DNA of 64,000 nt, taken from NCBI GenBank assembly GCA_026004035.1, contig BPII01000011.1, positions 11,416 to 75,415 of the forward strand, given 5' to 3'. Position numbers and translations under genes: made by a program. The notes beneath the pieces are model-generated. The model did no database searches. It worked only from the letters and a program-made list of their open reading frames with translations, and had not been told where the DNA came from. Shown here piece after piece: positions 31,437 through 42,411 of the stretch. How positions within the stretch are numbered: position 1 is the stretch's first letter; each line of letters begins with the position of its first letter. The DNA comes from Candidatus Sericytochromatia bacterium. Its GTDB lineage: Bacteria; Cyanobacteriota; Sericytochromatia; UBA7694; JACMQJ01.

Positions 31437-32097
31437 TAAACTTTAGTTACAGATGAAAATTCTCTATCAACAGCTAAATTATTTTTTAATTTTGAAGAAT
31501 CTACTTTTTCTAAATCTCTTATTTTATATCACTTGTCTTTTTTGTATAATCTAAAACTACATTACTAAATCTTGGAGAATCTTGTATATTTGCAAGAAAT
31601 ATAGCTACTGTTTTATGATCAAAAGTTTCTCCAGACATAGTAATTTTATTTTCATTTATATCTATTTTATCAACCCAAAATTAGATGGTATTCTATCTCT
31701 GATTTCTTCAAGTAATTCTGACCATTTAAAATTACTTCCACTAGCCCATGCTAATATATCTCTTTTTTTCTCTACATTAGTTTTACAGCAAGTTTTTCTG
31801 TAAGAAGTTTATCTTGTTGCTCTAACTCAGCTTTTCTTCTTTCTAATTCTTGTTTTCTTTCAGCTTCTTCATCTCTTAAACTAGTTAAAACTAATATAAC
31901 CTACTGATAAAGCTCATTAAAGATATAAATAAAAATAAAACTGATAATATAATTCCTTTGCTTACTTTAGTTCCAGATATAGTTTTTTCTATTTCTTCTC
32001 TTACTTGATAACCAAGAAGATTTATATTTATTGATACAGTTAAATTTGTTCCTGTAGCAGATTTACTACCATCTTCTTTTTTTTCTAAATCTATCAC
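31437..32097 (-). pseudogene. pilN: Type IV pilus assembly protein PilN, frameshifted
   Basis: The N-terminal ININLLGYQVREE plus a TM helix (68-aa ORF). Later fragments (WSELLEEIRDRIPSNFWVDKIDINENKITMSGETFDHKTVAIFLANIQDSPRFSNVVL) are in other frames. Confidence 0.55.
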
Positions 32098-32140
32098 AGC
32101 TAAAAATTTTTACTCCTTAATCATTATATTTATTCTAACA

Positions 32141-32905
32141 TTATAAATTTAATTTTTCTAAATATAGTTCAAATAAATAATTATTGCTAAAAAAACTTAT
32201 TAAACTTCCAAGAGCTAAAAATGGTCCAAAAGGAAAATAATCACTTTTTTTTCTATATATAGTAAAGAGCTATTCCAAATAAAGAACCCAATAAAAAACC
32301 TATAAATAAAGTACCAAATAAATAGTTAATTCCAAGCCAAGCACCTATCATTGTTGTTAATGTTACATCTCCCAAACCCATTCCTTCTTTTTTTAAAAAA
32401 AATAAACTCCCCTTAGCAATTAAAAACAATAATTAAATATCCTAAAACTGCTCCTAAAATAGAATCAATAATTTTATTATCTAAAAAATTATAAATTATA
32501 CCTATTGCAATACCTGGATAAGTTAAGCTATCTAATATTAACATATAATCTATATCTATCCATGATATTACGATAATAAGACATATAAAATATGTAATAA
32601 AAATCCATTTCCAACTTATACCAAAAGTAAAGAAAGCAATACATAATAATAGAGCTGTTATAAATTCATTTAAAGGATATCTTATACTTATTGTCTTCTT
32701 TACAATATCTACATTTACCCCCTAAAATAATCCAACTTAAAATTGGTATATTATCATAAAACTTTATATCATTATTACATTTAGGACATTTTGAATTTGG
32801 ATATATTATAGATTTTTCTCTTGGAAGTCTATATATAACAACATTTAAAAAACTTCCAAGCATAGAACCAAAAATAAAAATTAATATAATATTTAAAATA
32901 TTCAT
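32141..32905 (-). pseudogene. pilD: Prepilin peptidase (A24 family) PilD, frameshifted
   Basis: The N-terminal Zn-finger region (CPKCNNDIKFYDNIPILSWIILGGKCRYC) is in the 79-aa ORF. The catalytic-region fragment KKEGMGLGDVTLTTMIGAWLG and the C-terminal PFGPFLALGSL are in other frames. Confidence 0.75.
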
Positions 32906-32989
32906 TGAAACCTATTTTGTATTTTATAACCTTAAATAAATTATAATGCTGTGATTATATACACATAAAATATTACTTTTAATTAAGTG

Positions 32990-33530
32990 TTAATTTACCC
33001 CTCTTGATGATAGTAATACAGGAAAAGTTTTAATAAAAATTTTTAAATCAAGACAAAATGATAAATTATTTATATATTCTATATCATATTTTAATTTAGT
33101 ATCAATACTTAAATCATCTCTTCCATGTATTTGTGCCCAACCTGTAAGTCCTGGTTTTACTTTAAAAACATTTTTTTTGTTCTTCTGTATATGTTTTTAC
33201 TATTGAAGGAACTTCTGGTCTAGGTCCTATTAAACTCATTTCACCTTTTAAAATATTTATTAATTGAGGTAATTCATCTATACTAGTTCTTCTTAATATT
33301 TTACCTACTTTTGTTATTCTAGGATCATTATCTTGAGTAAAACTGGTCCAATTTTATCAGCATTTACAACCATTGTTCTAAATTTATAAATTAAAAACTC
33401 CTTTTGATTTTTACCAACTCTTATTTGTTTAAAAAATATTGGTCCATTATCTGTAATTTTATTAGTATAGATACTATTATAAATAAAGGTATTAATAATA
33501 TTAATGAAAATAAAGAAAAAAAAAATCTAA
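32990..33530 (-). pseudogene. Undecaprenyl-phosphate sugar phosphotransferase (bacterial sugar transferase family), multiply frameshifted
   Basis: The fragments [65 protein letters not shown] and KPGLTGWAQIHGRDD lie in three frames. Confidence 0.75.
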
Positions 33531-33566
33531 TAATGGTTTAATTTTTATATACATTAAAATATAATT

Positions 33567-34885
33567 TTATATACCTATACAAAAATACTCAAAACCTAAT
33601 TGTTTCATTGTGTCTAATTCATACTGATTTCTACCATCAAATATAACAGGATTTTTTCAATAATAATTTCATCTTATTAAAATTAGGTCTTCTAAATTGT
33701 GGCCATTCTGTAACAAGTACAAGAAAGTCAGCATTTTCTAAACATTTGTACATATCTTGATTAAATTCAATTCTTAAATTGTCTTTAAAATACAATTTAG
33801 TTTTTTCAATAGCTTCTGGATCAAAAGCTGATATATAGGCATTTAAAACTTAAAAGTTTTTCTATTATTTTTAAAGAAGGAGCTTCTCTTATATCATCAG
33901 TATAAGGTTTATATGAAAGTCCCCAAATTGCAACTTTCATATTTTCAATACTATTGAATCTTTTCAAGATTTTATTTATTAGTATTAATTTTTGTTTATC
34001 ATTAACTTCCTTAGTAGCTTTAATAATTTTAGAACTATAGCCTTTTTCTTCAGCTATATAGTCAAGAATTTTTATATCTTTTGGAAAACAAGAACCACCA
34101 AAGCCAATACCTGGAAATAAAAATTTATGACCTATTCTACTATCATAAGACATTCCTTTTCTAACATTATTAATATTTGCTCCTAAAATCTCACATATAT
34201 TTGCTATTTCGTTTATAAAAGAAATTTTCATTGCTAAAAAAGCATTAGAAGCATACTTTGTCATCTCAGCTGATTTTATATCCATTTCAAGTATTGGATT
34301 ATCATTTCTAACAAATGGCAAGTATAATTCTTTCAGTACTTTTAAAGATTTCTGTGTTTCAAAACCTATTACTATTCTATCAGGTTTCATAAAATCTTCA
34401 ATTGCTGATCCTTCTTTAAGAAATTCAGGATTACTTAAAACATCAAATTCTAATTTTAAATTTCTTTTTTCTAAAGAATCTTTTATAATATTTTTTATAG
34501 TTTCACAAGTCCCTACTGGTGCTGTAGATTTATTAACAATAATTTTATAATCATTTATATTTTCTCCAATATCTTTAGCTACTTTTAAAAGATTTTTTAA
34601 ATTTGGTTTTCCTTCTTCATTAGAAGGAGTATCTACTGTTATAAAAACAATTGAAGAATTATCTAAAGCATATTTAATATTTGTAGAAAAAACTAATCTC
34701 TTTTCTTTTATATTTTTTTTTATTAATTCTTCAAGTCCTTTTTCATATATTACTGATTGACCTTTTGATAATTTATTTATTTTATCTTCATTAATATCTA
34801 CACAAATAACATTATTGCCCATTTCGGCAAAACATGTGCCTGTAACTAATCCAACATAACCAGTACCTATTATACAAAGATTCAT
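33567..34885 (-). pseudogene. ugd: UDP-glucose 6-dehydrogenase, C-terminal third displaced by two +1 frameshifts
   Basis: The 354-aa ORF has IIGTGYVGLVTG and GFGGSCFPKD. The continuation is NAYISAFDPEAIEKTKLYF...VLVTEWPQFR, then NPVIFDGRNQYELDTMKQLGFEYFCIGI* in shifted frames. The second shift is in a T6 run at 33652-33657 (A6 in the mRNA sense). Confidence 0.8.
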
Positions 34886-36333
34886 TTTTTAAATGGAAAT
34901 TTATTAGGAACTTTACCCAAGAATTTTTCAGGATTTAAAATATCACCGTAAGTAGAATCACCAACTTTCATTTGAGTTTCTAAAGCTTTCATCATCTTTT
35001 TTAATTGTTTTCCTTTTTTACCAAAACCACCTCCAAAAAGACCCATATTAGACATTTCTTTTATCATTTTTCTCATTTCTGAAAATTGTTTAAGCAATTT
35101 ATTCACTTCCTGTATAGTAGTTCCACTTCCCTTTGCAACTCTGTTTTTTCTACTTACATTAAATATTTCTGGATTTCTTCTTTCTTCTTTTGTCATAGAA
35201 TTTATTATTGCTTCTATTTTTTTCATTTGTTTCTCGCCTTCAGCTATTTCTTCAGATTTTAATTTACCACCAAGTCCAGGTAACATACCTATTAATTGCT
35301 CTAAACTACCTAATTTTTTCATACTTTTCATTTGATTTAAGAAATCTTCTAAATTAAATTCACTTTTTCGTAATTTTTTTTCTAGTTCTTTTGCTTCTTT
35401 TTCATCAATAGTAGCTTGAGCTTTTTCTACTAATGTAATAATGTCTCCCATACCTAATATTCTTGATGCAATTCTTTCAGGATGAAATAATTCAAGAGCT
35501 TCTAATTTTTCACCTAAGGCCATAAATTTTATAGGTTTTCCTGTTACAGCTTTAACAGATAAAGCAGCACCACCTCTTGTATCACCATCTAGTTTTGTTA
35601 TTATAACCCCAGTTATATTTAAATATTCATCAAATGTTTTTGCCATATTAACAGCATCCTGACCTATCATTGCATCAACAACAAGTAATATTTCAGTAGG
35701 TTTTGCTAAATCTCTTACTCTTACTAATTCATTCATTAGTTCAATATCAATATGCAATCTTCCTGCTGTATCTAGAATTATAAAATCATGGCCATTTTTT
35801 TTAGCATATTTTATTGCTTGTTCTGCTATATCTACAGGATCTATTTGTCCTAAACTAAAGACAGGAATATTTATTTGTTTTCCTAAAACTTCTAATTGTT
35901 TTATAGCAGCTGGTCTATAAATATCAGCTGCTACAAGTAAAGGCCTTTTACCTTGCTTTTTTAAAAATAAAGCCAATTTTGCACTAGTTGTAGTTTTACC
36001 AGACCCTTGAAGTCCAACCATCATGTATATTGTAGGAGTTTTTTCAGAAATTTCTAAAGATTTATTTTCTCCTCCCATTAATTCTACTAATTCATCATTA
36101 ACTATTTTTATAAATTGTTGTCCTGGAGATATACTTTTTATTACATCATGTCCTATAGCTTTTTCTTTTACATTATTAATAAAATCTTTTACAACTTTTA
36201 AATTTACATCAGCTTCAAGTAATGCTCTTTTAACTTCTCTTATTGCTTCAGAAATATTTTCTTCTGTAATTTTTCCTTTACCAGAAATTTTTTTAAAAAC
36301 TTCTTGTAATCTTTCAGATAAACTTTCAAACAT
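34882..36333 (-). CDS. ffh: Signal recognition particle protein Ffh
   Basis: GLQGSGKTTT, DTAGR and TKLDGD G-domain motifs, plus a Met-rich M domain. Confidence 0.95.
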   Translation of the reverse strand: MFESLSERLQEVFKKISGKGKITEENISEAIREVKRALLEADVNLKVVKDFINNVKEKAIGHDVIKSISPGQQFIKIVNDELVELMGGENKSLEISEKTPTIYMMVGLQGSGKTTTSAKLALFLKKQGKRPLLVAADIYRPAAIKQLEVLGKQINIPVFSLGQIDPVDIAEQAIKYAKKNGHDFIILDTAGRLHIDIELMNELVRVRDLAKPTEILLVVDAMIGQDAVNMAKTFDEYLNITGVIITKLDGDTRGGAALSVKAVTGKPIKFMALGEKLEALELFHPERIASRILGMGDIITLVEKAQATIDEKEAKELEKKLRKSEFNLEDFLNQMKSMKKLGSLEQLIGMLPGLGGKLKSEEIAEGEKQMKKIEAIINSMTKEERRNPEIFNVSRKNRVAKGSGTTIQEVNKLLKQFSEMRKMIKEMSNMGLFGGGFGKKGKQLKKMMKALETQMKVGDSTYGDILNPEKFLGKVPNKFPFKK

Positions 36334-36451
36334 AATATTAAAATAATTAAATAAAAATAATAGACAAATGAATTATATCATAACTATAAATGAAATTTTT
36401 TAAAATGAATTTTTAGTTTTGTAATAAGTTAAATGTTTTTGTATTTTTTTA

Positions 36452-38539
36452 TTAATGTGCTATACTTATCCAAGATGCTATTATTGGTGCTATAAGTAAA
36501 GCAACTATATTTATAACTTTAATAACAGGATTAAAAGCAGGACCTGCTGTATCTTTAAAAGGATCTCCTACAGTATCACCAACAACAGCTGCTTTATGAG
36601 CATCTGAACCTTTACCTCCATGATGACCTTCTTCTATATACTTTTTAGCATTATCCCAAGTTCCACCACCAGTTGACATTTGTATAGCTAATAATAATCC
36701 TGTTACAATACTTCCAATCAATACACCACCTAACATTTCAGCAGCTATTTTTGGATTAAATAAACCTACTCCTAAACCAACAATCATAGGAACTATAACA
36801 GGCAATAAACTAGGTATTATCATTTCTTTTAAAGCAGCTTTTGTTACTATATCAACACACTTACCATAATCAGGCTTGTCTATACCTTCTAATATTTTTT
36901 TTGTAGCAAACTGATTTTTTACTTCTTCTATTATTGAATAAGCTGCTTTTCCTACAGATTCCATACAATATGCACCGAAAATAAAAGGAACAACTCCACC
37001 AACAAATATACCAACTAAAACATAAGGTGAATCAACTGATAAATTCAAAATAGGTATATTATTGCTTATAAACTTATGTCCATAATCAGCAAATAAAACT
37101 AAAGCTGCTAAAGCTGCTGAACCTATTGCATAACCTTTTGTAACAGCTTTTGTTGTATTACCAACTGCATCCAAAGCATCAGTTGTTTTTCTTATATTTG
37201 GAGGTAATTGAGACATTTCAGCTATACCACCAGCATTATCAGTAATAGGTCCATAAGAATCTAATGCAACAATTATACCAGCCATAGATAACATTGACAT
37301 TGCTGCTATAGCAACACCATATAAATTGCCTAATGAATAAGCTGAAAGTATTGCTAAAACAATTACAACTATTGGATAACCTGTACTTTTTAATCCAACA
37401 GCTAAACCTGATATAATATTTGTAGCAGCCCCCATTTCACTTTGTTTTGAAACTTCTCTAACAGGCTTAAATGCTGTTGATGTGTAATATTCTGTTATTA
37501 TAACCATTAAAGCTGTTACAATAATACCTATTAAAGAACATAAAAACAATGACATAGAGCTATTTATTCCTTTTTCCAACATTTCAGATTTATAAAGTAA
37601 TTTAGAAATAAAATAAAAACCAATTGTTCCTGCAATACCACTGACAGCTAAACTTTTGTATAATGCTCCCATTATATTATTAGATGATCCTAATTTAACA
37701 AAGAATGTTCCTATTATAGAAGCGATAATAGCAACAGCACCTATAGCTAAAGGTATAGCTAATCCTTCAACTAAATTAGGAAAAGTTAGATATCCTATTA
37801 ACATAGAAGCTGTAGCAGTAACGACATAAGTTTCAAATAAATCTGCTGCCATACCAGCACAATCACCAACATTATCACCAACATTATCAGCTATAACTGC
37901 TGGATTTCTAGGATCATCTTCAGGAATTCCTGCAACAACTTTACCGACTAAATCACCTCCAACGTCAGCAGCTTTTGTATAAATACCTCCCCCAATTCTG
38001 GCAAACAGACATATTAAACTTGCTCCAAATGCTAAACCTACCATTGGTTGAGTTCCTTCTACTCCCATAGAGCTTATTAGTATATAAAAACCACTAACTC
38101 CTAACAAACCCAAACCAACAACAAACAAACCTGTAACAGCACCACCCTTAAAAGCAACTTCTAAAGCTTCTTGTAGACCTTTGCTTGCTGCTTGAGCTGT
38201 TCTACTATTAGCTCTAACAGATACATTCATACCTATATAGCCAGCAGCTGCTGAAAATATAGCACCAATAACAAATCCTAAAGATGTTATTTTATCTATA
38301 AATAGAGCTATTAATATTGCTATTGGAATACCTATTAAAGTAATAGTTTTATATTGTCTATTTAAATATGCACTTGCTCCTTCTTGAATATGATTAGCAA
38401 TACTTTTCATTTTTTCATTTCCTGGATCTTGTTTCATAATCCAGCTTGCTAAAAAGCCTCCATATAGTAGTGCTAAAATAGCACTTATAGGAGCAATATA
38501 AATGAAGAAATTTGTATCCACTACTACCTCCAAATACAA
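36452..38539 (-). CDS. hppA: Membrane-bound H+-translocating pyrophosphatase, K+-independent type
   Basis: Motifs of the family: [36 protein letters not shown] and [30 protein letters not shown] carries the Lys/Thr pair associated with K+ independence. Confidence 0.92.
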   Translation of the reverse strand: MYLEVVVDTNFFIYIAPISAILALLYGGFLASWIMKQDPGNEKMKSIANHIQEGASAYLNRQYKTITLIGIPIAILIALFIDKITSLGFVIGAIFSAAAGYIGMNVSVRANSRTAQAASKGLQEALEVAFKGGAVTGLFVVGLGLLGVSGFYILISSMGVEGTQPMVGLAFGASLICLFARIGGGIYTKAADVGGDLVGKVVAGIPEDDPRNPAVIADNVGDNVGDCAGMAADLFETYVVTATASMLIGYLTFPNLVEGLAIPLAIGAVAIIASIIGTFFVKLGSSNNIMGALYKSLAVSGIAGTIGFYFISKLLYKSEMLEKGINSSMSLFLCSLIGIIVTALMVIITEYYTSTAFKPVREVSKQSEMGAATNIISGLAVGLKSTGYPIVVIVLAILSAYSLGNLYGVAIAAMSMLSMAGIIVALDSYGPITDNAGGIAEMSQLPPNIRKTTDALDAVGNTTKAVTKGYAIGSAALAALVLFADYGHKFISNNIPILNLSVDSPYVLVGIFVGGVVPFIFGAYCMESVGKAAYSIIEEVKNQFATKKILEGIDKPDYGKCVDIVTKAALKEMIIPSLLPVIVPMIVGLGVGLFNPKIAAEMLGGVLIGSIVTGLLLAIQMSTGGGTWDNAKKYIEEGHHGGKGSDAHKAAVVGDTVGDPFKDTAGPAFNPVIKVINIVALLIAPIIASWISIAH

Positions 38540-38690
38540 AAAAAAATTTTATTGTAAAGTAAAAGTTAAAATTAATTTAAAACTAATATATTAGCAACTT
38601 AATATACAAATTTATTTCTTACTTAAAGAAAATTTATCTAAATTTAGTTTCTATAAAACGTCTGAATTATACTAAACTAAAATCAATTTA

Positions 38691-38712
38691 TTTTTTTTTT
38701 TTTTTTTTTTTT
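38691..38712. repeat. T22 homopolymer
   Basis: 22 consecutive T in the spacer upstream of hppA. Confidence 0.95.
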
Positions 38713-38911
38713 GAGTTTTATAAAGTATTATTATTCAACAATAGACTTGTTGTTAAAAATAACTGATATTAATCTATATAACAGGATTATAGGTATATAA
38801 GAATCGAATTGTCATGCAAAATACTTTTTTTTCAATAGGAATTTTAAAATGTTACATAACTTTCTGTACTATGCATAGTTTTAATGCTGTATAGATGCTG
38901 TTAGGTGCTAT

Positions 38912-39213
38912 TTAACTAATTTTTATTTCAAGACTTCTTTTCAATTCATTAATATCTAATATCTTATCATATTTTTCTTTTCTAATTTCTCTACTAGTTA
39001 AGTCTAATTTAATTCTTTTTAGAAATTCTCTAAAATTTGGATTTACTTGTGCAATTTTGTTGATAGTATCAATATCAATAATTTCTTTTTCTCTGGCTGG
39101 AAATAATATTTCTGATGAATCAGGATCAACTATATCAAGTTTTATTATACCTATTCCAAAGGAATTTGTTAGTCGATTAATTTCTTGTTGAAATTCTTCA
39201 TCTGTTTCAACTA
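38912..39213 (-). pseudogene. C-terminal remnant (~100 codons) of a restriction-endonuclease-like (HrgA/Mrr-type?) gene
   Basis: A stop-free frame with no start codon: VETDEEFQQEINRLTNSFGIGIIKLDIVDPDSSEILFPAREKEIIDIDTINKIAQVNPNFREFLKRIKLDL...*. The family assignment is from memory only. Confidence 0.3.
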
Positions 39214-39250
39214 TTTAACCTCATTATATTTTTTATACTGAAATGTCTAG

Positions 39251-39410
39251 TAATTTAATACCTTGAACATTTTAATATAATTTGACAAACAAGATTAATA
39301 TATGATATCTCTAAATTTTGCTAATTTTGATGACAAAAAATTAAATAAAACTCAAAGAAAACTATTCTCAATTATCAATTATAAACTTAGAATTCATAAT
39401 GAAAAACTAC
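39251..39410. repeat. ~158-bp repeat, copy 1 (inverted relative to 53012-53168)
   Basis: The reverse complement of 39313-39410 appears identical to 53012-53109 (about 98 nt). The remaining ~60 nt match with scattered substitutions and a 2-nt indel. Confidence 0.85.
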
Positions 39411-39563
39411 TTAAAGTATTTTTATTCAATTTTGATATTGAAGCTAAATTTACAATAAATCAAAAAAATTATATAGAATCATTTAATTATTGTACTATTT
39501 ATTCTTAAATATGTTCACAGTATTGTTATAATAGATGATGAATAATTAAGAGTTAAAAATAAA

Positions 39564-41550
39564 CTAAAGAATAAAGTTCATTAAATTATAAGTTAAAAAA
39601 GCTGATATATAAGCAAATATTGTCATATAAATAAACATATAAATAGAATATTTCCAATGTCCTGTTTCTTTTTTAACAATAACTAGTGTGCTCATACATT
39701 GACAACAAAAAGCAAAAAATATTAATAATGAACAAGCAAGAGGAAGAGTATATATAGGTTTATTTGTTATTGGATCTTTTTCTTGTAAAAGTCTTTCTTT
39801 CAAAGATTTTGAGTTTTCATCTACATCACCTAAAGAATATATAGTTCCTAATGCAGATATAAAAAGTTCTCTAGCACCAAAAGCTACACTTATTCCAACA
39901 CCTATCTTCCAATCATAACCTAAAGGTCTTATTATAGGCTCAATAGCTTTTCCAAATTGTCCTATAAAAGAATTTTCAAGTTTTATTGAAGCTATTTCTT
40001 CACTTGATTTATTTATTAGTAATTCTTCTTTTGGATTAGGATAAATAGATAAAAACCATATTATTATTGATAATAAAAATATTATACTACCAGCTTTTTT
40101 TAAAAAAACTTTTCCTTGTCTAATCATTTGTTTATAAGCAACTTTTAATCTTGGTATTTGATATAAAGGCATTTCCATAAAGAAAGACTTAGATTTACTT
40201 TTAAAAAAAGATAATCTAAATATTTTTGCAAAAATTAAAGCAATAAAACTACCTAAAAAATACATAAAAAATAAAGCTAATCCTTGAGTATCTATAAATC
40301 CAAATATTTTATATGAAGGTATAAATATTCCTATAAGTAAGACATAGACAGGTAGTCTAGCACTACAAGTTATAAATGGTAAAACCATCAATGTTGCCAT
40401 TCTTTCAGCTTTATCAGGTATTGTTCTAGTAGCCATAATTGCAGGCACAGAACAAGCAAAACCAGAGAGAAAAGGTAAAAATGCTTTACCATTTAAACCA
40501 AAGTATGACATAAATTTATCGGTTATAAAAGCAGCTCTTGATATATAACCAGATTGTTCCATTAAACTTAATAAGAAAAATAATATCATTATTTGTGGTA
40601 AAAATACTAATACTCCTCCAACCCCAGCAAAAATTCCATCAACTACAAGGCTTTTTAAAGTTTCATTTTCTATAAATTTACCTACAAAATTACCAATTTC
40701 TGATATTGAGTTTTCTAAAAAACTCATTAATGGTTGAGAAAATGTATATAATGATTGAAATACTAGAAAAAATATTAATACAAAAAATATAAATCCTTTT
40801 ACAGGATGTAGTAAAACTTTATCAATTTTATATGATATATCAGCTATTTTTAAAGTTTTATTACCTATAACTTCATTAATTATATATCTAGCTTGCAACT
40901 GATATTTTTTCATTTTTTCAATTATATATTCTTCATCAACTAAATTAATGTTTTGTGGATTACTAGGTAATAAACTCAATGACTTATTAGTAATTTCAAG
41001 TGATTTTATAACATTATTATTTGCAGTTTTTTTAGCTTCATTATGCAAAAAATTACTTATTTTTTTTTTTTGCTTCTTCTTCATTAATTGTTGAACATAA
41101 TAAAACCTTTAAACCTAAATATTCTTCTAACTTTTTTAAATTTATATCTTTATATGATAATAAATCAGATTTATTAACTATTACTAAAATATCTTCATTA
41201 TTTATTATTTCTTTAACTGCTAAAATTAAAGATATACCAGCTTCTAACTTTGATGAATCTACTATTATTACAACTTTACTAAAGTCTTTAATATTTTCAT
41301 TTAGTTTTAATAGTGTCCCTATTGTAACAGCTTCATCTAAAGTTGTAGGTATTAGATTATATACTCCAGGTAAATCTATTATTTTTATTTTTTGTTCTTC
41401 AGAATAATTTTTATTATCACTTAATTCAGCTATTGCATAATCTACACTTATACCTGAATAGTTTGAAACTTTTCTTGATTTTCCAGAAAGTATGTTAAAT
41501 ATACTTGATTTTCCAGAATTTGGAAATCCAAGAAGAAGAAAGTTTTTCAT
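39564..41550 (-). CDS. feoB: Ferrous iron transporter FeoB, split by a +1 frameshift in an A12 run
   Basis: The G-domain ORF is 41053-41550 (GFPNSGKSS, DLPG, NKSD). The membrane-domain ORF is 39564-41084. They overlap at the T12 run 41060-41071 (A12 in the mRNA sense). Reading A11 gives a continuous ...EEEAKKKISNFLH... Confidence 0.85.
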
Positions 41551-41798
41551 AATTCTACCTCTATAAACTTAGCTTGATTTTTTCTTATTGTAAAAAAATT
41601 TGTATCAAAGTGTTTTAAGAAAATAGGATCTCCCAAAGGAGATTTACTTACTATTTCTATTTCATCACCGGGTAATACACCTAATGATATAAGAAATAAT
41701 TTTGTTTCTATATCATTTTTTAAATCCAATATTTTTACTTTTTTACCAACAGGTATATTAGATAATATGTCTTTATTCTTAATTTTTGCTTCTATCAT
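41547..41798 (-). CDS. feoA: FeoA-family protein
   Basis: 83 aa with an SH3-like pattern (GKKVKILDL...LGVLPGDEIEIV). 4-nt overlap with feoB. Confidence 0.8.
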   Translation of the reverse strand: MIEAKIKNKDILSNIPVGKKVKILDLKNDIETKLFLISLGVLPGDEIEIVSKSPLGDPIFLKHFDTNFFTIRKNQAKFIEVEL

Positions 41799-42289
41799 AT
41801 TTCCTCTTGTGATAAATAAGAATCCCCTACTTGAAGTTTTACGAATTCATTATAATTTTTAAAATTAAATTTTTTATTTTTACTACTATAAAAAGATTTC
41901 ATGAACTCAAAGAATTTTTCTCTTGTCTCGTCACTTATAAGATGTTCTATTAAACAAGAATCAGTGTGAGCTGTTTTTTCACTTACATTTAATATATCTT
42001 TTAAAAAGTAATATAATAAAGTTCTTGAAGATAAAATATCATGGACCTTTTCATGTCCATAATTTGATAGAGAATAAAACTTATTATTTTCTACTATTAA
42101 ATTTTTTTTTAATAGATTATTTAAAGCAATAGAAACAGTAGCTTTAGATAATTTCATTTCTTTTGCTATATCTGTAACTCTAGCATAGCCTAAATTTTCT
42201 TTTAGCTTATGAATTGTAAGTAAATAATGTGTCATAGAGTGAGATAAGTCACTAGATTTCTTTTCAATTTTTTTTTCTACTAAGCACAT
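41795..42289 (-). CDS. DtxR/MntR-family metal-dependent transcriptional repressor
   Basis: An N-terminal wHTH (MTHYLLTIHKLKENLGYARVTDIAKEMKLSKATVSIALNNLLKKNLI). 4-nt overlap with feoA. Confidence 0.75.
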   Translation of the reverse strand: MCLVEKKIEKKSSDLSHSMTHYLLTIHKLKENLGYARVTDIAKEMKLSKATVSIALNNLLKKNLIVENNKFYSLSNYGHEKVHDILSSRTLLYYFLKDILNVSEKTAHTDSCLIEHLISDETREKFFEFMKSFYSSKNKKFNFKNYNEFVKLQVGDSYLSQEEI

Positions 42290-42411
42290 ATAATTATTAT
42301 ATACTAACTTTTGTTAGATAATACTAACAAAATGTAAAATTATGTTAAACTTAAGCAAGTCTTATATTATTCTTAATATATATAACCTAGTTTTATAATA
42401 GAAGGTGAAAA

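Noticed and set aside
28426-31803. Small + strand ORFs in the pilus region: 28426-28617, 29305-29499, 29758-29946, 31582-31803
   Set aside because: They are antisense to recognisable PilQ/PilP/PilN fragments. They are most simply by-products of the decayed minus-strand genes.
39302-39508. 68-aa ORF MISLNFANFDDKKLNKTQRKL… as a real gene
   Set aside because: Its first ~36 codons lie inside the 158-bp repeat. The other repeat copy has the same start but stops after 38 codons, and there is no RBS or recognisable motif. It is probably fortuitous.
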